This document shows positions 26,120-34,306 of a DNA stretch of 57,753 nucleotides, one piece after another. A program made the position numbers and the translations under genes. The notes under the pieces were generated by a model. That model saw only the letters and a list, made by a program, of their open reading frames with translations, did no database searches and had not been told where the DNA came from. Source of the stretch: a virus (taxonomy: Duplodnaviria > Caudoviricetes); IMG/VR virus record IMGVR_UViG_3300022181_000117, positions 1-57,753 of that record. One strand, 5' to 3'. The first letter of the stretch is position 1, and each line of letters begins with the position of its first letter.

Positions 26120-27241
26120 TCATGCCTCCTCTCTGCGGTGACGCAGAATGAAGTCGTGGAATCGGGACGGGGTGGAAATCTCCGCCTCGCATCGAAAGGC
26201 GGGGAACGGGACTTCGATGTCCGCGTCGGCCGTTCCTTCCATGGCTTCGGCCTTGCAGGAAAACCCGGGCATGTTCGCCGTGATCTCGGCCCATCGTGCC
26301 GCCCGGGCTTCGGCATTCACCGAAAACCCGGGAAGATTGACCGTGATTTCCGCCCATCTCTCGGCCAGCGCTTCCGCGGCACAGGAAAACCCGGGCAGTT
26401 TCACCGTGATTTCCGCCCACTTCTCGGCCCTCGCTTCGGCCTCGCATGAAATGCCGGGCATCTCCGCTTCGATGTCGGCCCCGCCCACCAGCTCGCACGA
26501 AAATCCCGGCGCGGGAATTTCGATGTCGCAATGCGCGATGGCCGATCTCGCGCCGACCTGGTCCCCGTTTTGAAGGTGCGTCGCCATGGTGACGACGGTG
26601 GATTGACCGACGGGCGTGGAAACGGGCGTTGCCTTGACCGATACGATCCCGGGCACCTGCACGCTGTTGCAGACGGCTCCGGCCTTGACCGAAACGACGG
26701 CCTCGATCACCGTGTCGTAGGCCTCGAGCTCGGTGCTGACCACTCTTCCGCCCGGGCTGCCGCTTCCTCCCGTGAAGGTGAAGCCCACCGGCGTGCCGCT
26801 CGTGTTGATGCACACGACCTTGACGTACCGGGCGTTCACCGGGTTCGTCAGCGTGAAGGTGAGGCAAGCCCCAGCCCCGCCGTGCGACGGAGTGGGATTC
26901 GAGAAGGTTTCGACGAACGTCCAGTTCGAATTGTCGTCGGATCGGTAGATGGAAAAATTGGGCGCGTAAAAGGGACCGCCGCCCCATGCCGTCCAGGTGA
27001 CGAGGTTGTTGTAGTTGTCCGTCCACCGGACGTAGAGCAGGATTTGAGCGACACCCTTGACGGAACCGAGATCGAGGCCGACCGTTCCGCCTCCGTAGGC
27101 CGAAAAATAGGACGCCCCGGCCCCGATGGTCTTGTCGGTATCGAAGAGGGCCGAAACCCCGGTGGTCATCGCCCCGGACGTGTAGGGCGGGGTGTCCGTG
27201 CATTTCAGACCGTCGGAGGGAGTGAGCAGGATGTAGGCCAT
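26120..27241 (-). CDS. Tail fibre/adhesin with F5/8-type-C (discoidin)-like domain and 21-aa C-terminal repeats
   Basis: LDLG...YRSDD..NWT...ARYVKV motif; repeats WAEIT..PGFSC.AEA. Confidence 0.65.
   Translation of the reverse strand: MAYILLTPSDGLKCTDTPPYTSGAMTTGVSALFDTDKTIGAGASYFSAYGGGTVGLDLGSVKGVAQILLYVRWTDNYNNLVTWTAWGGGPFYAPNFSIYRSDDNSNWTFVETFSNPTPSHGGAGACLTFTLTNPVNARYVKVVCINTSGTPVGFTFTGGSGSPGGRVVSTELEAYDTVIEAVVSVKAGAVCNSVQVPGIVSVKATPVSTPVGQSTVVTMATHLQNGDQVGARSAIAHCDIEIPAPGFSCELVGGADIEAEMPGISCEAEARAEKWAEITVKLPGFSCAAEALAERWAEITVNLPGFSVNAEARAARWAEITANMPGFSCKAEAMEGTADADIEVPFPAFRCEAEISTPSRFHDFILRHRREEA
26170..26540. repeat. 63-bp coding tandem repeat (~6 degenerate copies)
   Basis: AAAACCCGGG recurs at 26260, 26323 and 26386. 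Confidence 0.8.
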
Positions 27242-27244
27242 CGG

Positions 27245-27673
27245 CTACGTCTCCAGCTTCACTTCGATGTTCGTCACCTGCAGCGGGTTGCCGTCGGTGG
27301 CCGTTTTGTTCCCGTTGAAATCGAAGTAGCAGACGATGGTGTCGTCGGAGCTTGTGTCGTCAATGAGAATTGCTCCCGGAGTGGGACCAATCGATCCGCC
27401 GGAGGCGATCCATTGGGCGTCGCTTGCCGTGTACTTCGCCTTGTTGTTGGCATCGTCCTCGGTGACCGCGCCGCCGGAGAGCGTGAGTCCTCCCGCCGTG
27501 TAGCCGTTTCCGGCCGCGAGCTCGGATGCCGACACATCCGCCCAGGTGGCGTGATTGTCCTCGTTGAAGACGAACCCGGAAGCCATGAGCCGGAGTTTCA
27601 GCGTGTCCGCGCTCATATCGATGACCTTTTTCATGAGCTGGTACACGAAATGATTGCTGCACTTGCTTGCCAT
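27245..27673 (-). CDS. Small phage structural protein
   Basis: DTLKLRLM...GNGYTAGG..L pattern common in tail-associated proteins. Confidence 0.7.
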   Translation of the reverse strand: MASKCSNHFVYQLMKKVIDMSADTLKLRLMASGFVFNEDNHATWADVSASELAAGNGYTAGGLTLSGGAVTEDDANNKAKYTASDAQWIASGGSIGPTPGAILIDDTSSDDTIVCYFDFNGNKTATDGNPLQVTNIEVKLET

Positions 27674-27688
27674 CCGAGCCCCTCCTTA

Positions 27689-28066
27689 TCAGGGATCCCT
27701 GATTTCGATGACGTACTGGTCGAGCTGCACGGCGTTGCCCGCCTGGACCGTCACGGGCGTGCAACGCTTGACGTGACGCACCAGCCCGGCGACGGAATCC
27801 GCCAGGGCGACGAACCTTCCGGTGCCCGAGCCGGTGGGCGAGGCGATTTGCTTTGCGGCCAGGGTAAGCTTTCGCCCGCTCACCGAACCGTCCGACGGGC
27901 CGGTGAAATCCGATGTTTGAAGCGGCGCGGAACCGAGCTTGTAGGTCGTCGTCGCCTGGTAGTAGGAAGCCGGCTCATCCGAACACAGGTACAGCGTGTC
28001 GCACGTGTTCTTCACCTGGATCAGCGCCGGGTCCGAGAAAAACGACGCCCAAAAGGCGGTGGGCAT
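27689..28066 (-). CDS. Small phage structural protein
   Basis: GPSDGSVSGRKLT motif; operon context; GGGAGG RBS. Confidence 0.65.
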   Translation of the reverse strand: MPTAFWASFFSDPALIQVKNTCDTLYLCSDEPASYYQATTTYKLGSAPLQTSDFTGPSDGSVSGRKLTLAAKQIASPTGSGTGRFVALADSVAGLVRHVKRCTPVTVQAGNAVQLDQYVIEIRDP

Positions 28067-28087
28067 GTTCGAGCCTCCCCGTGCCGT

Positions 28088-28798
28088 TTAGCCTTCCATC
28101 GGCATGACGATTTTCATGGAGTTGACGTATTGCGCGTGTCCGGCGGTCACCTCGGTCGAACCCACCTTGGCGTTGGCCCCGGATTTGCCGATGGAGCCGT
28201 CGAAGCGGATCGCGGTCGTTGACGCTCCGGTTTCGTACCGGTTGTCGTAGAAGCGGAAATGCCTCGCCGATCCATTGGCGAGACCCAGGCCGGACCAGAT
28301 TTGCGCCGCGGCCTTCTCGAGCACGCCGTCGGTCGGCTCATCCTCGAATTCCAATCCATTCAGCGGGTTCCCCGGCGTGAAGGCGCCCGAATTCAGGGTG
28401 ATCCGCAAAAGCTTCTCCCCGGTTTCGGCATTGTCGGCTTTTTCCGGTTGTTCCCCGATGCGCCATTCCATTACGCCGTGCCGGAACAAATCCTTGAAGC
28501 TGCGCGAGTTGGCGAGAGCGACCGTGATGGATGCCCCCTCGGTCTCCGTCACCGGCGCGGTTTCGAGGGTGACCTGCGAGCCGTCCAGGGCGACGGTGGC
28601 GATCTTCCAATCGCGATTGTTTCCGGATTGCGCGGCCCCGCTCACGACGATCACGTCGCCGGGCAGGAGGAATTTCAGTCCGTTTGCCGAATCGGCCAGG
28701 ACGTTGCCGGATGCGTTGAAAGAAATGGTAGCGGCGGCAAGGGCGTGCTTCCCGCCAAGAAGGGCGTTTCTGAGCCCCGTGCTGTATCGAATCGCCAT
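28088..28798 (-). CDS. Phage structural protein
   Basis: YSTGLRNALL...RFDGSIG pattern; AAAGGAG RBS. Confidence 0.7.
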   Translation of the reverse strand: MAIRYSTGLRNALLGGKHALAAATISFNASGNVLADSANGLKFLLPGDVIVVSGAAQSGNNRDWKIATVALDGSQVTLETAPVTETEGASITVALANSRSFKDLFRHGVMEWRIGEQPEKADNAETGEKLLRITLNSGAFTPGNPLNGLEFEDEPTDGVLEKAAAQIWSGLGLANGSARHFRFYDNRYETGASTTAIRFDGSIGKSGANAKVGSTEVTAGHAQYVNSMKIVMPMEG

Positions 28799-28819
28799 CG
28801 GTTTTGCTCCTTTCTCGAA

Positions 28820-28903
28820 TTACCTCAGTTGGTGCCGCTCGATCAGTATGCCGACCGCCACCCAAAACAGCGCCAGCAGGCAGTGAAGGATCATTTCGCC
28901 CAT
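28820..28903 (-). CDS. 27-aa single-pass membrane peptide
   Basis: MGEMILHCLLALFWVAVGILIERHQLR; fills the intergenic gap; GGAAGG RBS. Confidence 0.35.
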   Translation of the reverse strand: MGEMILHCLLALFWVAVGILIERHQLR

Positions 28904-28923
28904 CGCGCATTCCTTCCCATGGC

Positions 28924-30312
28924 CTATGGATTGAGCGACGCGATGTATCGCCCGTTGTGCCAGGCGCCTGCGCCGCTCGCCGCTTCGGGCAACGACACCG
29001 CGTCTTGCGTGAGGTTCACGAAAACGCCCCCCGCGGCCCCGACGCAAACGCCTTCCCGGGAGGCCCACATGACGGCCTTGCCGTCGATTCCCCGCTTCTT
29101 GAGCTCTCCGACCACGGAGGCGTCGACATCGGCTTCCGTCCCCGGAATGGCCGGATAGGGGGCCTTCGGCACGATTCCCCACTGTTCCGGGTCCGGCCCG
29201 GCCAGAAAATACGTGGCGTGCCGGTCCGCGACCCACACGCCGTCCTGCACGGACCGCATCAGGGTGAGCCTCGATCCGAACCGGACCGCGTAACGCTGCG
29301 GCGCGAACCAGTAAGGCGCGAACGGCAGGGAAGGCAGCACGGCATCGTCCACGGCCACCAGGACCCGCCCGCCGAACACGTCGACAAGGTGCCCGACGGG
29401 CGGTTTGCGGATGCCGTAGGTGAGCGGCGGGCCCACATAGTCCTTTCCGGCCCACGCCTTTACGGTTCCCCGCAAGAGGTCGATCACCCCGTTTTGAACG
29501 CCGTTCGAGTGAAAAATGTCCGTGCCGACCGGCGCATGGGACATGCGAAGCCCCGGGGTGAGTCCGTATCCCAGGGACCGCGCCGAATAGTCGGGCCTGA
29601 GCTCGTACAGAGAATCCTCCGAGCAAAAAAAACAGTGGCCGGCATGGGCGAACAGCGAATGCGCGGCCCCCGAGCGCCGCAGGGTGTAGCCCTTTCGCAT
29701 GGAAACCCGCCCGGTGTCCTCGATATCGACGTTGACCGCCTCCGGGAGCTCCTGAACGCCGGTTTCCGGGTCGAACTTCATCCGGGCCGGGTCCTGGCGC
29801 ATGTTGAGCCCGAGCGCCGCGGCGAAAAGCGGAACGGGCACCATCTTCGGGGGCAGAAGGGAAATCGAATCGATGCTGAAATCCGAGCCGTTGACGTTTT
29901 CGATTCGCAGCTGGAAGTACCGACCGCGAACGGAGCGGTCGAGATCCACCCGGTTCCCGTGCTGCTGGTTGAATACGAGCCGGTTCGAGAGCGTCCTGGT
30001 TCCGGGACTGCCGTCATCCGCCGTCACGTTCAGGCTCAAATCTCCATCCGCCTCGAAGCCTATGTAAGCTTTGAGGAAGTTCTTTACATACTGGGAGCCC
30101 CAATCGACCTTGGCCGTATCGAAGTAGGCGGCGATATGTGCCCCGGCGTCCGTCCTGGCGTCGAAAAGGGAAAAGATCCCGTCCTCGTTTGCCCCCAGGA
30201 GCACGCCGTTGAACACCGCGTAGGAATTGAAATCGAAGCCGTCATACTGCGACGCGGCGTTGATCCGCGTGTTGAGCGCAAGGGTCAATCGCTCGATCGC
30301 GCTCATACCCAC
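28924..30312 (-). CDS. Tail tubular/stabilisation (nozzle-like) protein
   Basis: Follows the head-tail adaptor; GLN...EAVNVDI..TG...RKGY motif of beta-propeller stabilisation proteins. Confidence 0.6.
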   Translation of the reverse strand: MGMSAIERLTLALNTRINAASQYDGFDFNSYAVFNGVLLGANEDGIFSLFDARTDAGAHIAAYFDTAKVDWGSQYVKNFLKAYIGFEADGDLSLNVTADDGSPGTRTLSNRLVFNQQHGNRVDLDRSVRGRYFQLRIENVNGSDFSIDSISLLPPKMVPVPLFAAALGLNMRQDPARMKFDPETGVQELPEAVNVDIEDTGRVSMRKGYTLRRSGAAHSLFAHAGHCFFCSEDSLYELRPDYSARSLGYGLTPGLRMSHAPVGTDIFHSNGVQNGVIDLLRGTVKAWAGKDYVGPPLTYGIRKPPVGHLVDVFGGRVLVAVDDAVLPSLPFAPYWFAPQRYAVRFGSRLTLMRSVQDGVWVADRHATYFLAGPDPEQWGIVPKAPYPAIPGTEADVDASVVGELKKRGIDGKAVMWASREGVCVGAAGGVFVNLTQDAVSLPEAASGAGAWHNGRYIASLNP

Positions 30313-30953
30313 CGCCTCATCTGCACGCGGGATTTGGGCATCCCGTTTCGCCTGAAAAGCACCTGGCGCACCAATCCCTTGAAGCGCGCGGTTTCTTTGT
30401 CGTCGAAGGCGGCCATGGCCTGCCCGGTTTCATCCCGGGTCGTGTTGCTCATGTGATAGAGCTTGACGAGATACTCCTGGATAACTTGATCGAACAATCC
30501 CGAGTATGGAACCACGCTCGTTTCGTCCGCCATCGGCGTGGAGAACCGGAAGTAGTTGCCCCTCACGGTGACGGCGGCTTCGGGCGGCGGGTGAAGAACC
30601 AGGCTCGACCCGGTGAGCTCGTAATATTGCGGCGTCCCGGGTGCCGTCAGCCTCAGCGCGGTTTCCCTGTCCGGCAACGCGAACAGGAAGCGCGTCGTCC
30701 CGTCAATCCACGGCGGTTCGGTGAGCGCCTGGAACCCCGGCGGCAGACCGGCGCTCGAAGCCCCGGCGGCGAAGGGAAGTTCCAGCGGCGTTTCGGCGAG
30801 TTCGGATTTTTCCCACAGGAGTTGCATGTCGATTGCCCGCAGGATGTCGTTGATGAGCGGAACGACATTGTCCGCAACCCCAGAGACGCCCGTGAACGTC
30901 GTGTTGTTGATCCGGTACTTGACCGCGTTGACGATTTCCTGAACGGTGGACAT
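30303..30953 (-). CDS. Head-tail adaptor (tail tubular A-like)
   Basis: TVQEIVNAV...GTPQYY...LHPPP pattern; position after the capsid genes. Confidence 0.7.
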   Translation of the reverse strand: MSTVQEIVNAVKYRINNTTFTGVSGVADNVVPLINDILRAIDMQLLWEKSELAETPLELPFAAGASSAGLPPGFQALTEPPWIDGTTRFLFALPDRETALRLTAPGTPQYYELTGSSLVLHPPPEAAVTVRGNYFRFSTPMADETSVVPYSGLFDQVIQEYLVKLYHMSNTTRDETGQAMAAFDDKETARFKGLVRQVLFRRNGMPKSRVQMRRWV

Positions 30954-30956
30954 GGC

Positions 30957-31289
30957 TCACTCCGGCTTTTTCGGGCGGCCCCTGGTTCGCGGAGGATCGA
31001 GGATCGCCGGTTCCGATGGAGGATCATCTGTTCCGGCCTGGATTTCACCGTCGCCGGGCTCATCCTCGAGAGTCGTGAAAACCGGGAGTTCGTTTTCGGG
31101 AGCGCCGGCTTGCGTTTCCTCATCGATTCGAGCCGATTCAACCCGTGGAAGGATCGGAGCAGGCTTTCCGATACCGATGGGCCTGCCGCCTTCCGGGCAT
31201 TCGAACGGTTGCATGTCCGCTCGCGTGGCCAGGCGCGGATTGAACACGTAGAAATGTCCGGTGGTGATCTGCCTCAGATATACGGGCAT
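30957..31289 (-). CDS. Phage hypothetical protein (acidic, RGRPKK tail)
   Basis: AAAGGA RBS; operon context. Confidence 0.55.
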   Translation of the reverse strand: MPVYLRQITTGHFYVFNPRLATRADMQPFECPEGGRPIGIGKPAPILPRVESARIDEETQAGAPENELPVFTTLEDEPGDGEIQAGTDDPPSEPAILDPPRTRGRPKKPE

Positions 31290-31364
31290 TGGATATCCTT
31301 TCTCTTTGAATCCCGCCCCGGCCGCCCGTCCGTTCGGGCGGTCCGGAGCGGGGGATTAAGTGTG

Positions 31365-31784
31365 CTAGCTGTAATCGCCTTGGGTGTCCAGGTTGACGAT
31401 CACGGCCTTCACCAGCACCTTGGCGGCGTTCGCGCCGGCCTGGTTCATGGTGAGCCGGATATCGTCGGCTGCCGCGTAATATTTTGGATTGGCCAGCGCG
31501 GCTCCGGCGTGCGCGAGAGTATTGAGATTGACGTCGGCGCCGAATGCCGTGGGCGACGCCGAATCCCCGATTCCGGCAGTCAGCACGGCGCCCTCCGCGG
31601 TCAGCACTTGGTGGACGACTTCGAGCACGCAGGACTTTGCGGGAATGGCGATGATCGCGGCGCTCTCGGCGTTTCCGACCGGGTGCTTGGCCAGGTCGAG
31701 CACGGCTTCGATCACGGACAGATTGACCCCGGTGAACGCCGCTTTCGCGGCCCCTCCGGTGAAGTTGTAGGTTGGTGCAGCCAT
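31365..31784 (-). CDS. Capsid decoration-like protein
   Basis: Ala-rich beta protein right after the MCP; AAAGGAG RBS. Confidence 0.65.
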   Translation of the reverse strand: MAAPTYNFTGGAAKAAFTGVNLSVIEAVLDLAKHPVGNAESAAIIAIPAKSCVLEVVHQVLTAEGAVLTAGIGDSASPTAFGADVNLNTLAHAGAALANPKYYAAADDIRLTMNQAGANAAKVLVKAVIVNLDTQGDYS

Positions 31785-31802
31785 GTGTATCGCTCCTTTT
31801 TG

Positions 31803-31839
31803 AAAGAAAAATCCGGCATCCCCGTGGAGGAATGCCGGA
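31803..31839 (-). terminator. Terminator after the major capsid gene
   Basis: TCCGGCAT...ATGCCGGA hairpin followed by TTTTTCTTT on the minus strand. Confidence 0.7.
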
Positions 31840-31850
31840 AGTTGTGAGGG

Positions 31851-32777
31851 TTACGCCGCGCCCTTGGTGGCGTAGAGGTCGCACAGCCCTTCGGGCTTTA
31901 CCACCTTGTAGCCGTACACGTTGAGGCCGCGCACCAGGTTGCCGAACGTGCTCTCGGCGCGCAGCGTCTCCATGTTGGTGATTTGCGCCGCGAAACTGAT
32001 CGCGCACGGATGCCCGGCCATCATGTGAAAACACAGATCCGAGCCGTCGAGCGCGGAATAGAGCAGGTTGCTCGAATAGATCGTGAACCGGTCGATCATG
32101 CCGAGACGGCCGTTTCTCAGGATGCTCGTGCCGTCTCCGGCAAGGGATGCGTCCTTGAGCTCCGATTTCTTGATCATGCCGCAAAAGATAGGCGGCATGA
32201 GGAGCCAGCGGCGGTCCTCGGGAACGCTCTGCTCATCGAGCACCGTTCCGAGATCGACGATGAAATCCAGGATGTTCGCCTTGGTCAGTTCCACGGGGGT
32301 TCCGGCGATGCCGAGATTGAAGGCCGCCGTTTTCTTCCCGGCCGCTGCGCCTTTGTTGGCGGCGTCGGCGTCGGCGTAAACGACATGGAGAACATCCTTG
32401 TCGATTTCGATTTTCATCTGCTCGGAGGCGTCCCGGCTCCAGTCGGACATAATCTTCACGTCCGACTGAAACTTGTCCACGTCCTCGACGATGAAATTGA
32501 AGTATTTGCCCTTGTCGATGTTGAGCTCGATGATATCGGCTTCCGGGCGCTGGATGAGCAGGTTCTGTGCTTTTTGGTAGTCGCGGATCACGATGTCCGG
32601 GGTCTGGCGGATGTTGACCTTGTCCCCGAAATTCTTGATCTCGCCCTCGTGGTCGGTGTTGCTGATGGCCGCAAGCACGGTCGCTTCGTAGAATTTGACG
32701 AGCAGCTTGCCGGACCAGATTTCCGGGATGAATTTCCCGGAGTAATTCGGATGCCCTGCGGCTGGAGTGAGACCCAT
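31851..32777 (-). CDS. Major capsid protein
   Basis: FIPEIWSGKLL...EGEIK..GDKVNI...RGLNVYGYKV motifs; follows the scaffold. Confidence 0.88.
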   Translation of the reverse strand: MGLTPAAGHPNYSGKFIPEIWSGKLLVKFYEATVLAAISNTDHEGEIKNFGDKVNIRQTPDIVIRDYQKAQNLLIQRPEADIIELNIDKGKYFNFIVEDVDKFQSDVKIMSDWSRDASEQMKIEIDKDVLHVVYADADAANKGAAAGKKTAAFNLGIAGTPVELTKANILDFIVDLGTVLDEQSVPEDRRWLLMPPIFCGMIKKSELKDASLAGDGTSILRNGRLGMIDRFTIYSSNLLYSALDGSDLCFHMMAGHPCAISFAAQITNMETLRAESTFGNLVRGLNVYGYKVVKPEGLCDLYATKGAA

Positions 32778-32796
32778 GGTTCATGCCTCCATAACG

Positions 32797-32834
32797 GAAA
32801 AACCGCATGGAGGCTTGTTGCCTGCTCATGCGGT
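32797..32834 (-). terminator. Terminator-like hairpin between scaffold and capsid genes
   Basis: ACCGCATG...CATGCGGT followed by TTTT on the minus strand. Confidence 0.45.
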
Positions 32835-33871
32835 CATTTTCCTTGTCTGTGGGCGGCTTCCATCTGCTTGTTGAAAGCCGCCTCGATTTTGTCGTATTCG
32901 GCCTTGGGGATTCTTCCCCTGGTGTACTGCGCCGCCGCCTGCTGGAATTGCTCGGGCGTTATGGTCTGCGCCGGTCCCGAAGGGGGAGCGCCGGAAGAGC
33001 TCCTGCCGGGAACGACCTGGTTTTCGATTCCCGGTTTTCCGGGAGTCTGCCCGGCTTTGGCCGGAGGCGGATTTGCGAGGCCTTTTTCGCGCTTGAACTG
33101 GTCGAAGAAGAGAACATGCCGGTTGACGTCCATCCGGGCCGTAGCGTCTTCGAGAAGTTTTTGGCGCGGCAGACCGCTGAACGGATCAACCTCGTTGAGC
33201 CAGCCGATGAATCCCGGGTCCTTGTTGATTGCGTCCCAATCCGGGACCCGCTCGTCAACGGCGTCCCAAAACCGTTGCCGGTCGGTCTTGGCCTGGTTCT
33301 GGACGATGGCGCCCGCCTGGCCCTCCGTTTTGGCCAGCCGGTCGGTCAGCTCCTTGTTCTGCCTGGTCAGGCCGACGATGGAGTTCACCAGCGCCTGGAT
33401 CTCGTCCGGGAAATCCTCGTAGTCCTGGAGATTGATCTCGGGCACGGGCGTCGGTTTGGGCTCGTCGTCCTTTTTCGGCTCGGCGGGCTTTCCGGCCTTG
33501 AGCGCATCGACTTCGCCCTGAAGCGTCTTGACCAGTTCGGCCAGGCGCGGGACTTCGGCGTTGTACTTGCCCTGCAAAACGAGATACTTGACCTTCCAGT
33601 CATCCTCATCCGGCTTCGTATCGCCCGGTTGCTGCGGCGAAACCGGGGAAGAGCCCGGAGGCGGTCCCGGTTCTGCTGCGGGCGCGGCTTCCTTGCCCGG
33701 TTCGGGCATTTCGGGAGCCGGTGAATCTTCCGGGGCCTTCGGGGGCTCGACGGGAGGTTCGTTTCCGGTGTTCCCTGTTTGCGCGGCGGCCAGTTCGGCC
33801 TGGAGCTTGTCGGCTTCCTCGGCCTGCTTTCGCACTGCCGCGGGAAGCGCGGCGTAGTCTTGCTCGGACAT
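32834..33871 (-). CDS. Capsid scaffolding protein
   Basis: P/E/A-rich; LQGKYNAEVPRL coiled coil; lies between portal and MCP. Confidence 0.8.
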   Translation of the reverse strand: MSEQDYAALPAAVRKQAEEADKLQAELAAAQTGNTGNEPPVEPPKAPEDSPAPEMPEPGKEAAPAAEPGPPPGSSPVSPQQPGDTKPDEDDWKVKYLVLQGKYNAEVPRLAELVKTLQGEVDALKAGKPAEPKKDDEPKPTPVPEINLQDYEDFPDEIQALVNSIVGLTRQNKELTDRLAKTEGQAGAIVQNQAKTDRQRFWDAVDERVPDWDAINKDPGFIGWLNEVDPFSGLPRQKLLEDATARMDVNRHVLFFDQFKREKGLANPPPAKAGQTPGKPGIENQVVPGRSSSGAPPSGPAQTITPEQFQQAAAQYTRGRIPKAEYDKIEAAFNKQMEAAHRQGK

Positions 33872-33966
33872 GATCGGTCCTTTCCGTGAGCCCCGTTGCC
33901 GGGGTATTCACTGGCGGTGCGGGAGGGTCGGAGCGCATCTGGTCTTCCGGTCCCGCGAGTTGAAAC

Positions 33967-33996
33967 AAAAAAGCCCCACCCGGAATGGGTGAGGCT
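33967..33996 (-). terminator. Intrinsic terminator upstream of the scaffold gene
   Basis: AGCCTCACCC-attcc-GGGTGGGGCT followed by TTTTT. Confidence 0.7.
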
Positions 33997-34035
33997 CGGT
34001 CACGCTGTGTGGATTGTGGTGGAGATGGATTCAGG

Positions 34036-34293
34036 TCAGGCCTGGTTCCTCCTCAGATCCTTGATCTTCTGAAAAGTTTCGCGTGCCCCGGAGGCGGCAT
34101 CAAGAATGTCCTCGAGCGCCTGCCGGGCTCCCTGCTGCCACATCAGGGACGGCGGGCTTGTGTGCCTGCTCTTTCGATCCAGATCTGCAAGCGAATCGGT
34201 GAGCCATCCCCTGAGCTTGTTAAAATCCCGGTTGCTTTCAAGAGATGAAAGCGCTTCCCAAACGTCATCCGAGCATTTGGTCATCATGGACAT
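34036..34293 (-). CDS. Small portal-adjacent protein
   Basis: WQQGARQAL motif; GAGGGAG RBS; typical podoviral position. Confidence 0.65.
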   Translation of the reverse strand: MSMMTKCSDDVWEALSSLESNRDFNKLRGWLTDSLADLDRKSRHTSPPSLMWQQGARQALEDILDAASGARETFQKIKDLRRNQA

Positions 34294-34306
34294 TGATTAT
34301 TCTCCC

